Below are positions 35,690 to 43,399 of a stretch of DNA of 64,000 nucleotides, piece after piece. The notes below the pieces were generated by a model that was given only the letters and a program-made list of their open reading frames with translations, was not told the DNA's origin and searched no databases. Made by a program: the position numbers and the translations under genes. Every line of letters begins with the position of its first letter. Positions within the stretch are counted from its first letter, which is position 1. The stretch comes from an uncultured Planctomycetales bacterium. GTDB taxonomy: Bacteria > Planctomycetota > Phycisphaerae > UBA1845 > PWPN01. The stretch covers positions 23,102-87,101 of the forward strand of contig CAZUAI010000006.1 of NCBI GenBank assembly GCA_964617875.1, given 5' to 3'.

Positions 35690-37480
35690 TCAACCGGGCA
35701 GAAAGGCTGCCTCCGGGCGCCAGGGGAAACACAGACTCCGTTGGCCGACAAGCTGCGTCAATGCGCGTCGATGGGCCTCGGTCTCGTCGCGGTTTTCGAG
35801 GCTGCGCCGCAGGGCGTCGTGCTTTATCGCGAAGCTCTGCATGTCCTCGGCCAGCGCGCCGAGGTGTCGTGCGGCTTCCCGCAGCAGGAACCGGCGTGTT
35901 TCGCCGTCCGGCACCAAGACGATGAGAGGTGCCAGATGCCGCAGGCAGACGCCGGAAGACCGGGCATAAGCCTCGCGGCCTCCTGCATCGGCCAACAGGG
36001 TCGCCAGCCGCTGCGTGCCGTCGCGCTCGTGGTCCGCCAGCAGCCGGCAGACACGGCAGGCGGCCTGCCGGCCGGTGAGTTCGTCGAACGCGGCCTCCGG
36101 CCCGTTCTCGTTTGCCGCGAAAGCCGACAGGGCGGTCGTCCGTTTCTCCAGCAACGCGAAGTAGCCCACGCTCAGGCCCCGGGGCGAGGAGATGCCGGCG
36201 AGCTGCCAGGTGTGCAACGGGCAGAAGCCGCCCTCTTCGGCGAAGGACTGCTGAGCGGCTTCATCGGTCGCGAGAGCGTGCTGCCATCGTCGGAGGAAAT
36301 CGAAGGCCGCTTCGGTCAGGTGGTTGCAGACGGGGCAGGTTCCCGCACGGAGCGCGGCCACGATCTCCGATTCTTCGATGGGTTCGGCCGGTTTCGTCCG
36401 CGGCGTCGGCGATGAACACGGCGGACCTCCCCGCGCCGCGGCCGGAGGCGTCGGCGTCGCGTCAACCTGACCCGCGAGAATCCCCTCGCGCAGCCGTTGA
36501 ATGGCGGTTCGCCGCTCGACGGCTTCCGGGTGCTGCTGGCCTGCGATAAGTCCCTCGGCACGATCCAGGATCGCGGCCAGGAACGTCGTGGTCCGCTGGT
36601 CGGTCAGGAAATCCGCCAGCGCCGCCTCCAGGGCCGGAAGCCCGCTCTGTGCCAATCCGTGTGCGTCCCGCGCGGCTCGGGCCGCCAGCGCCGCCCGCGA
36701 CGACAGGGGAAACAGGGGCGGCCGCGCCGCGCCCATCCGACGGGAGAGATTGTCGCCGATGAACCGCAGGGCAGCCTCCCGCTCCGCGTTCGCCAGCAGG
36801 TCCATCTTGTTGACGACGAAGAAGACCTTGCGGACATGCGCGCGGAGGCGGTCCAGGAACTCCAGTTCCGTCGCGGCCAGCGGACCGTCGGCGCTGGTCA
36901 CGAACAGAACCGCATCGCACTGGGGGACGAAGGCATACGTCGTTGCGGTGTTCGCTTCGATGGCCGAGCCGATGCCGGGCGTATCCACGAACTCCAATCC
37001 ACGCCGCAGGAAGGGCGACGGGAACTCCACGTATACCGCCTTGATTCGCTTCCGGTTGGCCGGATTGCCCGTCTCCGTCACGTACTCGGGCAGCGCCGAA
37101 ATCGGGGCTTCGTCATCGAACGACCGGTTCTGACGGGAAATGACCAGCCGTTCCTCCGGACCGAACCGCAGGATGGTAATGGCGGACGTGAGCGGCAGGA
37201 TGCCCGTCGGCAGAAGCTCCCGGCCGACGATGGCGTTCATGAGCGAACTCTTGCCGCGTTTGAACTGGCCCACAACGGCCAGGGTGAAGCGGTCTTCGGC
37301 CAGCTTGACCATCAATTCATGGCAGGCGGCGACCCGGTCATCCCCGCCGTGCCGGCCGAGCCAATGGTCCAGGGCGCGAACCTGCCGTGCCACCGCCTGC
37401 CTGGCCCGCACGTAGGCCCTCAGACGCGACGAATCGGACTCGAGCGGGGACACCGCCGGACTCGTGGGCGACGGCATCAT
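35690..37480 (-). CDS. dynamin-like GTPase (DLP-B) with C-terminal double CxxC...CxxH module
   Basis: ATGA overlap with DLP-A. G1 VVGQFKRGKSSLMN, G3 FVDTPGIGS, G4 VVNKMDLL. The C-terminal 217 aa carry CPVC...CPLH and CRVC...CLRH. Confidence 0.8.
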   Translation of the reverse strand: MMPSPTSPAVSPLESDSSRLRAYVRARQAVARQVRALDHWLGRHGGDDRVAACHELMVKLAEDRFTLAVVGQFKRGKSSLMNAIVGRELLPTGILPLTSAITILRFGPEERLVISRQNRSFDDEAPISALPEYVTETGNPANRKRIKAVYVEFPSPFLRRGLEFVDTPGIGSAIEANTATTYAFVPQCDAVLFVTSADGPLAATELEFLDRLRAHVRKVFFVVNKMDLLANAEREAALRFIGDNLSRRMGAARPPLFPLSSRAALAARAARDAHGLAQSGLPALEAALADFLTDQRTTTFLAAILDRAEGLIAGQQHPEAVERRTAIQRLREGILAGQVDATPTPPAAARGGPPCSSPTPRTKPAEPIEESEIVAALRAGTCPVCNHLTEAAFDFLRRWQHALATDEAAQQSFAEEGGFCPLHTWQLAGISSPRGLSVGYFALLEKRTTALSAFAANENGPEAAFDELTGRQAACRVCRLLADHERDGTQRLATLLADAGGREAYARSSGVCLRHLAPLIVLVPDGETRRFLLREAARHLGALAEDMQSFAIKHDALRRSLENRDETEAHRRALTQLVGQRSLCFPWRPEAAFLPG

Positions 37481-39330
37481 CGCTGATCCTGTTCTCGGGC
37501 GGCCGTTGTCGCAAGACGCTCCTTGAGCCCCCGCAGGCCGGCGACCGCCGCCTCGAGCCGCGCGATTTCCGGGGCAACCGTCGCCGAGTCTTCCGTGCGA
37601 CGTCGTCGAGCGGCGCCAAGGGCCCGGCGAGTCGCTTCAATCGTCTGCCGAAGGCTGTCTTCCAGGGCGTCACGGAAGTCCTGGATGCTTGTCCTGAGAT
37701 TCTCCAGGGTACTCCATCGAAGATCTCCGATGTTGCGAGTCACGAGGTACTCCACCTGGTCCGCGAGTCGCCGCCGAATGCGGGAATGCCGCAAGCGCCG
37801 CGGAAGCACTCTGTCGATCCAGTCCGTGGGAATCGAGCCGGGTCCCTGAATCGCCCACTTGTGAACGCGCCAGCAGGGCTGTTCCACCTTCGCCAGGGCG
37901 ATCTCGCGGTGCTGCGGCTCATACGGAACGTCGAAGACCTTCGCAATGGAGGCGTGAACCGCGGCGACCAGTTCGGCCGCCCGGCGCTGATGGGGCCGCA
38001 GGGCCTCGTGCAGTTCGCGCTCGCAAAGCTGATGGGCGGCACCGAACTCCCGCTCGAAAAAACCGGGGATGGCCGCGGCAATGGCCTCGCGGGCGGTCTC
38101 CTCCGACCACCGGTTCCCGTCCCGAATCTCGCATTCGCGGAGGACTTTCGTGAAGAACTCGATGCTTCCGGGCAGCATCGCATCGGCGCGCATCTTGACG
38201 GCTTCCGCCAGACGCTGTTCGTCCCTGGCAAGGCGGTCGAGGGCCACGATGCGCCGTTCCTCGATTTCGGTCAGGCTGTTCTCGAAGCGACCGATGCGGT
38301 CGTCGAGGTCGGCCAGCGGCATCTGCAGGGACCGCAGAGTCAGTTCCAGGCGATGCTGGACATCGGCGAGAATGTCCCCCGCCTGGCGGGCCACCGCGCG
38401 GCTGAGCACGTCTTTCTTCTCGGTGAGCAGGAAGCTGACGATCTGCTCTTCGATCGCCGCCACGCCGCTCCGTTCCCAGGCGGCGTCATCCTGCCCCTGG
38501 CGAGCCGCCAGGCCCTGGCGGGCCGAGGCGCAGAAGATCGGCGGCGGCGAGGTGAACCCGACGTGCTCGCAGAGCGCCCGCTGGAGAAACCGTACGGCCT
38601 CGTCCCGCTCGGCCGCGTCGAGGTAATCCACCTTGTTCAGGATGAAGAACAGGCGGGCCAGTTTGCGGCGCGCGAGCTTGAGAAACTCCACCTCGACCTC
38701 GGTGATCGGCGGATCCGCGGACACCACGAACATCGCCGCATCGCACTGCGGGAGAAAGTTGACGGTCGCCTCGGTGTTGTGGCGAAAGGTCGAACCGATG
38801 CCGGGCGTATCGATCAGCGAGAGGCCCCGACGCAGCACCGGCGCGGGATACGCGGCTTCGATCAACCGGACCCCCAGGTGGTTGCGCGGGTTCGCGCTTT
38901 CGGCGACAAAACGCGCGAGGAAACCCGCCAGGGCCGCGGCGTCCGGCCCGAGGAGCCGCTCTTCCGGCTTCCCGTTTTCGAATACCACCCGGGCCGCCGG
39001 CTGCTCGCCGCCGTGCAGAAACGTCGGGATGGACGTGACCGGCACAACGGCGGCAGGCAGGACGGGGGCTCCCAGCAACGCATTGATCAACGTGCTCTTG
39101 CCGCGTTTGAACTGGCCGAGCACGGCCAGATGACAGCGTTCCTCCCGCAGACGTTCGTGCAGAGCGAGAATGCGATGCCGGTCGGCCCCGAATTCCTCGC
39201 CCATCGCCCCCACCTGACCGGCGGCTTCCTGCAGGAGGGTTGGCAGTTGGACGGACTCCGCGACATGCCGGGCCGTCGTCTCCGGCCGGTTGTCCGAATC
39301 CGCGTCGGCATGGAGGACGAAATCAGTCAT
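37477..39330 (-). CDS. dynamin-like GTPase (DLP-A)
   Basis: G1 VLGQFKRGKSTLIN, G3 LIDTPGIGS, G4 ILNKVDYL and a helical C-terminal half. The start overlaps the upstream TPR-like ORF by 8 nt. Confidence 0.8.
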   Translation of the reverse strand: MTDFVLHADADSDNRPETTARHVAESVQLPTLLQEAAGQVGAMGEEFGADRHRILALHERLREERCHLAVLGQFKRGKSTLINALLGAPVLPAAVVPVTSIPTFLHGGEQPAARVVFENGKPEERLLGPDAAALAGFLARFVAESANPRNHLGVRLIEAAYPAPVLRRGLSLIDTPGIGSTFRHNTEATVNFLPQCDAAMFVVSADPPITEVEVEFLKLARRKLARLFFILNKVDYLDAAERDEAVRFLQRALCEHVGFTSPPPIFCASARQGLAARQGQDDAAWERSGVAAIEEQIVSFLLTEKKDVLSRAVARQAGDILADVQHRLELTLRSLQMPLADLDDRIGRFENSLTEIEERRIVALDRLARDEQRLAEAVKMRADAMLPGSIEFFTKVLRECEIRDGNRWSEETAREAIAAAIPGFFEREFGAAHQLCERELHEALRPHQRRAAELVAAVHASIAKVFDVPYEPQHREIALAKVEQPCWRVHKWAIQGPGSIPTDWIDRVLPRRLRHSRIRRRLADQVEYLVTRNIGDLRWSTLENLRTSIQDFRDALEDSLRQTIEATRRALGAARRRRTEDSATVAPEIARLEAAVAGLRGLKERLATTAAREQDQR

Positions 39331-39751
39331 GGCACTCCGAATCTGTCGGGAAATCGGCGGGGACGGAATCCGCTTGCGTCATGCCGGCCGAATCTGCCTC
39401 CGGCTCAGGGGGCTCCTGCCCCGGCCAGAAGTGGCGCCACATGCGGCGAACTGTGGCATCGTCCCGGCGTTCGCGAAAGAGCTGGGCCAGCAGGGCGCGG
39501 GCTTCGTCCATGCGGTTCAGATGGGTCAACGCAACGGCCCAGTGAACCTTGAACGACGGCTCAAAGGGGTTTACGTATACGGCGCGTCGGAATTGGGACT
39601 CGGCCAGTTCGAAGGCCTCGCGCTGGAGGAAATAGCAACCCATATCGTCGCGGTCGTAGCCCAGATAGTGGCTGGGCCGCAGGACTTCCTCGCGGATGAT
39701 CTGCGGGTCGCGAGTGCGGTGTCGCCTTTTCGGCTCGTCCGGGAGGCTCAT
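39323..39751 (-). CDS. small TPR-like protein (142 aa), first gene of the DLP operon
   Basis: ATG 39751 (MSLPDEPKRRH) with GGAGG 13 nt upstream. One or two TPR-like units (AESQFRRAVYVNPFEPSFKVHWAVALTHLNRMDEARALL) and an acidic tail. Confidence 0.55.
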   Translation of the reverse strand: MSLPDEPKRRHRTRDPQIIREEVLRPSHYLGYDRDDMGCYFLQREAFELAESQFRRAVYVNPFEPSFKVHWAVALTHLNRMDEARALLAQLFRERRDDATVRRMWRHFWPGQEPPEPEADSAGMTQADSVPADFPTDSECHD

Positions 39752-39790
39752 GGTCCGCCATACCTCCGTGCCGCAGGCCGACGGCCTGCC

Positions 39791-39830
39791 AACAGAAAAC
39801 CCCACACAGGAATCGTCCTGGCGGGGTTCC
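39791..39830 (-). terminator. intrinsic-terminator-like element of the riboswitch 3 expression platform
   Basis: Minus strand reads GGAACCCCGCCAGG-acgauu-CCUGUGUGGGGUU followed by UUCUGUU, lying between the aptamer and the SD of the TPR-like ORF. Confidence 0.5.
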
Positions 39831-39864
39831 CGTTACACGATGGCCCCTACCCAGGTCGATTCGG

Positions 39865-39948
39865 GCAGGAGTCATCAGGTCGGCAGGACCGCTTAACGGC
39901 GGACTCCATCGCCATAGATATTTTAGGCCCGGCGGGCGTCGTGTGCAA
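39865..39948 (-). promoter_or_regulatory. promoter + fluoride riboswitch (crcB motif), copy 3
   Basis: Minus strand reads TTGCAC (39948-39943), N17, TAAAAT (39925-39920), N6, then GGCGAUGGAGUCCGCC-GUUAAGCG-GUCcugccGAC-CUGAUGACUCCUGC (39913-39865). Confidence 0.9.
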
Positions 39949-39963
39949 GGGCCGTCTTTTGTC

Positions 39964-40314
39964 TCAGGCCTTTGCGCCCACGCCGTTCGCCCGGTACTTG
40001 ATCACGCGGACTTTTTCCAGCGTGATGAGTCCTTCCACCACCATCTCATCGATGTAGGGCAGGAGCAGATTGACCTTCTCCTCGCTGTCCACGATCTCGA
40101 TGATAAAGGGGAGGTCTTCCGACAGCCGCAGGATCTTCGTCGTGTGCAGCCGGCTGTGGGCGCCGAAGCCCATCGGGCCGCGAAGCACCGTCGCCCCGGC
40201 CAGATGAAGCTCGCGGGCCTTCATCACGATGGCCTCGTACAGCGGCTTGCCGTGCCACTTGTCGTTCTCGCCGATGAAGATGCGCAGCAACTGCGCTTCG
40301 CCTTCCAGTTTCAT
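39964..40314 (-). CDS. DUF190 (PII-like) protein commonly linked to crcB
   Basis: MKLEGEAQLLRIFIGENDKWHGKPLYEAIVMKARELHLAGATVLRGPMGFG matches the DUF190/UPF0166 pattern. Starts 3 nt after the USP stop. Confidence 0.8.
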   Translation of the reverse strand: MKLEGEAQLLRIFIGENDKWHGKPLYEAIVMKARELHLAGATVLRGPMGFGAHSRLHTTKILRLSEDLPFIIEIVDSEEKVNLLLPYIDEMVVEGLITLEKVRVIKYRANGVGAKA

Positions 40315-40317
40315 TCA

Positions 40318-40731
40318 TCACCTCACCACCGTCACGGTGCACGGCGCGTAACTCAGGACCCGCTTGGAGACCGAACCCAGCAGCCAGCGCTGGAACCGGC
40401 TCTTGCCTCGATGGCCCATCACGATCATGTCGGCCTGGCGCTCGGCGGCCTGATGGACGATCTGATCGGCCGGATGGCCTACCACGACGGCCGTTTCGAG
40501 AGGAATCCCTGCCGCCTTCGCGGCCTCGCGAAAGACGACGAAGTCCTTCTCGAAGTGCTCCGTCGCCGCATCCAGCAGGGCGGGTGTCTCCACCGACGTG
40601 GGCGGTTCCGACGGCTGGGCTACCGACACGACGGTCACGCTGGCACCGAATGCCCTGGCCAGTTCCAGCGCGAACTGGAATGCCCGTTTCGCCGACTCGG
40701 ATCCGTCATGAGCTGCAAGAATGGTTTTCAT
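40318..40731 (-). CDS. universal stress protein (UspA family)
   Basis: MKTILAAHDGSESAKRAF..., ADMIVMGHRGKSRFQRWLLGSVSKRVLSYAPCTVTVV. Confidence 0.85.
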   Translation of the reverse strand: MKTILAAHDGSESAKRAFQFALELARAFGASVTVVSVAQPSEPPTSVETPALLDAATEHFEKDFVVFREAAKAAGIPLETAVVVGHPADQIVHQAAERQADMIVMGHRGKSRFQRWLLGSVSKRVLSYAPCTVTVVR

Positions 40732-40740
40732 GGTTACCTC

Positions 40741-41994
40741 TCACGATTCAGAAGGGACGGGCTCACCATCCGCCGTCGCGGTTGCCACAGCCGCCTGGCC
40801 GCCGGCCGATGCCGTGCCCTGTCCTGTGACTCCAGTGCGTTTCGACAGCAGGTCCCGCGGAATGAAGAAGGCATTGGCGATCAGCGTCGGGATCACGGCG
40901 CTGGCCACCACCGCCGCAACGAGATACGAGTACTGGCTCTGCGTGATGACATTGTGCGTCAGCCCGAAGAGCGCGGAGATCGTCCCGAACGTCAGCCCCG
41001 TGGACATGAGCAGCGTGGTGTACACGGCCTGGCGGTACTCGTAGCGAAACGCCCTGGTGGTGGGGTACACGCCCACGCACTTGCTCACCACCTTGGCGAC
41101 CAGCAGGATCAGGAAGGTCGCCGGGGCCGCAAGCAGGGCCGGAACCGAAACGAAGGAACCGGCCCGGATGAAGTAGAACGGCGTCAGCATTCCGAACGTC
41201 AGCGTGCGCAGCCGGCGAACCAGGACGTGATCCTTGCCCACGGTGCCAGCGAGGACCATGCCGATCATGTACGCGGGCAAGACCGCCTCGCTGTCGGCCC
41301 ACGCCGCCAGGGCTCCCATGCTGAACAGCAGCAGCAGCAGGTACTTCGCCTCCAGTTCCGAGGGGCGGTTGCCGTATCGTTTGAAGAACCACGGCGTCAG
41401 AAAGGGGATGACGGCGAAGACCACGACGCTCGATCCGACGAACACGCCCGTGCGCATCGTGAACGGCGAGAAGATCAGACCGAGAGCAATCACCGTGCCG
41501 AGGTCGTTGATGAAGCAGGCGGCCAAAACGGCCTTGCCGAAATCCGTCTTGTTGAAGCCCAGTTCGAGCATGACCGCATAGACGACGGCGACCGAGGTTG
41601 TGGACAGGGCCACCCCCGCCAGCCAGCTCGCCATCGGGGTCCAGTGCAGCACATAGTACGCCACGGCCGCGCACCCCAGGAACGGCGCGAAAAAAGCGAC
41701 CAGGCCGACGACGGTGGCCTCCTTCCACTTGGCGCGGAACACCGTCGGGTCCAACTCGGCCCCGGCCAGAAACGTCAGGACGATGGCACCCGTCCCCGAC
41801 AGGAACTTGATCCAGGGTTCGTGTGCTCCCAGCGCCGCCGTTCCGGCGAGAGCACCGATGATCAGTTGGGCGACCGTGCCCACCACGATCTCGGAGAGGG
41901 CCGTCGCCACGCGAAGCCAGATCGAAAGGAGCGTGGCGAGCAGGGCGAGTCCCAGCCACAACGCCGCCGTAAGCCAGACGTCGGTCATGTGCAT
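40741..41994 (-). CDS. cation:proton antiporter (CPA1/CPA2, Na+/H+ exchanger family)
   Basis: 417 aa, about 12 TM helices, motifs LSEIVVGTV, FLAGAELD and NDLGTVIALG. Confidence 0.85.
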   Translation of the reverse strand: MHMTDVWLTAALWLGLALLATLLSIWLRVATALSEIVVGTVAQLIIGALAGTAALGAHEPWIKFLSGTGAIVLTFLAGAELDPTVFRAKWKEATVVGLVAFFAPFLGCAAVAYYVLHWTPMASWLAGVALSTTSVAVVYAVMLELGFNKTDFGKAVLAACFINDLGTVIALGLIFSPFTMRTGVFVGSSVVVFAVIPFLTPWFFKRYGNRPSELEAKYLLLLLFSMGALAAWADSEAVLPAYMIGMVLAGTVGKDHVLVRRLRTLTFGMLTPFYFIRAGSFVSVPALLAAPATFLILLVAKVVSKCVGVYPTTRAFRYEYRQAVYTTLLMSTGLTFGTISALFGLTHNVITQSQYSYLVAAVVASAVIPTLIANAFFIPRDLLSKRTGVTGQGTASAGGQAAVATATADGEPVPSES

Positions 41995-42064
41995 CGACCT
42001 CCTGCCGCAGCCTTCCCCTCCGCCTGACCGCCCTCGACGGCCTTCCGGTCCGCATTCGTGGCCG

Positions 42065-42451
42065 TCACATGATTCCGAACCATCTCTCTGCCGCCCGGTA
42101 GCCCACCAGGACGGCGCAGAAGCCCAGGGTCACGCTCAGCAACAGGTTCATAATCGCCCGAAGGCCCTGCCCGTCGTTGGCCATCGCGAAGGTCTCCCAC
42201 CCGAACGAGGAAAACGTCGTGAAGCCGCCCAGCACGCCGACGGTCAGACCGATGCGATAATCCTGGCGAATCAGAATCGGACCGCTGAAGACGTAGTTCA
42301 GGAAACCAATCACCAGACATCCGATAATATTGACCGTCAGGGTCCCCACCGGAAAGGAACCATTGGACAGCCTCTGGCCCCAGCCCTGAACCAGGTAACG
42401 AAGCACGGAACCGAAGCCGCCGCCCATGGCCACCATCACGATCTTCACCAT
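42065..42451 (-). CDS. crcB: fluoride ion channel CrcB/FluC
   Basis: ATG 42451 (MVKIVMVAMGGGFGSVLRY) with an AGGAAG SD. GTLTVNIIGCLVIGF and GVLGGFTTFSSF motifs. 128 aa, 4 TM helices. Confidence 0.9.
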   Translation of the reverse strand: MVKIVMVAMGGGFGSVLRYLVQGWGQRLSNGSFPVGTLTVNIIGCLVIGFLNYVFSGPILIRQDYRIGLTVGVLGGFTTFSSFGWETFAMANDGQGLRAIMNLLLSVTLGFCAVLVGYRAAERWFGIM

Positions 42452-42479
42452 CCAACGCTTCCTCGCATGCCGGTCCGCC

Positions 42480-42520
42480 AAACAAGAAACCCTACGCAGG
42501 CATTCGGCCCGGCAGGGTTC
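42480..42520 (-). terminator. intrinsic-terminator-like element of the riboswitch 4 expression platform
   Basis: Minus strand reads GAACCCUGC-CGGGC-cgaau-GCCUG-CGU-AGGGUUUC followed by UUGUUU. Its 5' arm is complementary to GGGCAGGGU located just after the aptamer. Confidence 0.5.
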
Positions 42521-42565
42521 ATCTACAAGGTCTCCGTGGCGCGGACCCTGCCCAGGTCGATGCGG

Positions 42566-42649
42566 GCAGGAGTCATCAGGTCAGCGCGACCGGTTAAGGG
42601 CGGACTCCATCGCCGCCGCTATACTATCCTCTGGCACGACAAGTTGCAA
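42566..42649 (-). promoter_or_regulatory. promoter + fluoride riboswitch (crcB motif), copy 4, heading crcB
   Basis: Minus strand reads TTGCAA (42649-42644), N17, TAGTAT (42626-42621), N6, then GGCGAUGGAGUCCGCC-CUUAACCG-GUCgcgcuGAC-CUGAUGACUCCUGC (42614-42566). Confidence 0.92.
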
Positions 42650-42677
42650 GGGCGGCGGTTGGCCGGTCTTCACGTGC

Positions 42678-42690
42678 CCTTAAGGTTCGC
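42678..42690 (+). promoter_or_regulatory. conserved 13-mer CCTTAAGGTTCGC, copy 1 (upstream of the response regulator)
   Basis: Identical 13-mer also at 44929-44941. Both copies are followed by N5 and a TANNNT hexamer (TACTCT 42696-42701). Confidence 0.45.
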
Positions 42691-42745
42691 TTCGGTACTC
42701 TGGGATCGGCGAACGACCGCGCAGCGAAGATAATCGAGGCATTCG

Positions 42746-43399
42746 ATGCGGGTGCTGGTCATTGAAGACGAGCCCGATCTGTTGGAGGCACTGGTCCAGG
42801 CGCTCCGGGAGGCCGGGTATGCCGTGGACCAGGCCTCCGACGGACCGGACGGCCTGTTCAAGGCGGCCGGGACGGGGTACGACGCGATTGTGCTCGATCT
42901 GATGCTGCCGGGCATGAGCGGGTGGGACGTCCTGCGCGAACTCCGAAAGACCATGTCGACGCCCGTTCTCATCCTGACGGCCCGCGATACGCTGCCCGAC
43001 CGGGTGAGGGGCCTCGACGCCGGGGCCGACGACTACCTCACCAAGCCGTTCGAACTGCCCGAATTGAAGGCCCGCCTGCGGGCACTGATTCGTCGTGGGG
43101 CCGGCCAGGCGGCGCCGGTGATTGCGATCGGAGATGTGACGGTCCATACGGCCGAGCGCACCGTCCGCAAGGCCGGGCAGGTGGTGGCCCTCACGCCGAC
43201 GGAATATGCCCTGGTGGAACTCCTCGCGCTGCACAAAGGAAAGCTGGTCACACGAACGATGATCTACGAGCACCTGTTCGACGAGGAGAGCGACACCCTG
43301 TCCAACCTCGTCGATGTTCACGTCGCCAATGTGCGAAAGAAGCTTGGCCGGGATTTCATCACGACCCGCCGGGGCGAAGGGTACCAGGTTCATGTTTAG
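42746..43399 (+). CDS. OmpR-family response regulator
   Basis: Receiver domain MRVLVIEDEPDLL...DAIVLDLMLPGMSG, winged-helix output ...TRRGEGYQV. Confidence 0.9.
   Translation: MRVLVIEDEPDLLEALVQALREAGYAVDQASDGPDGLFKAAGTGYDAIVLDLMLPGMSGWDVLRELRKTMSTPVLILTARDTLPDRVRGLDAGADDYLTKPFELPELKARLRALIRRGAGQAAPVIAIGDVTVHTAERTVRKAGQVVALTPTEYALVELLALHKGKLVTRTMIYEHLFDEESDTLSNLVDVHVANVRKKLGRDFITTRRGEGYQVHV

Noticed and set aside
30784-42027. Long antisense ORFs over mgtA (30784-33021), the DLP genes (37387-39552) and the crcB operon (39943-42027)
   Set aside because: Each lies opposite a gene with strong signature motifs, has low-complexity R/G/D/H-rich translation and lacks any SD or coupling signal.
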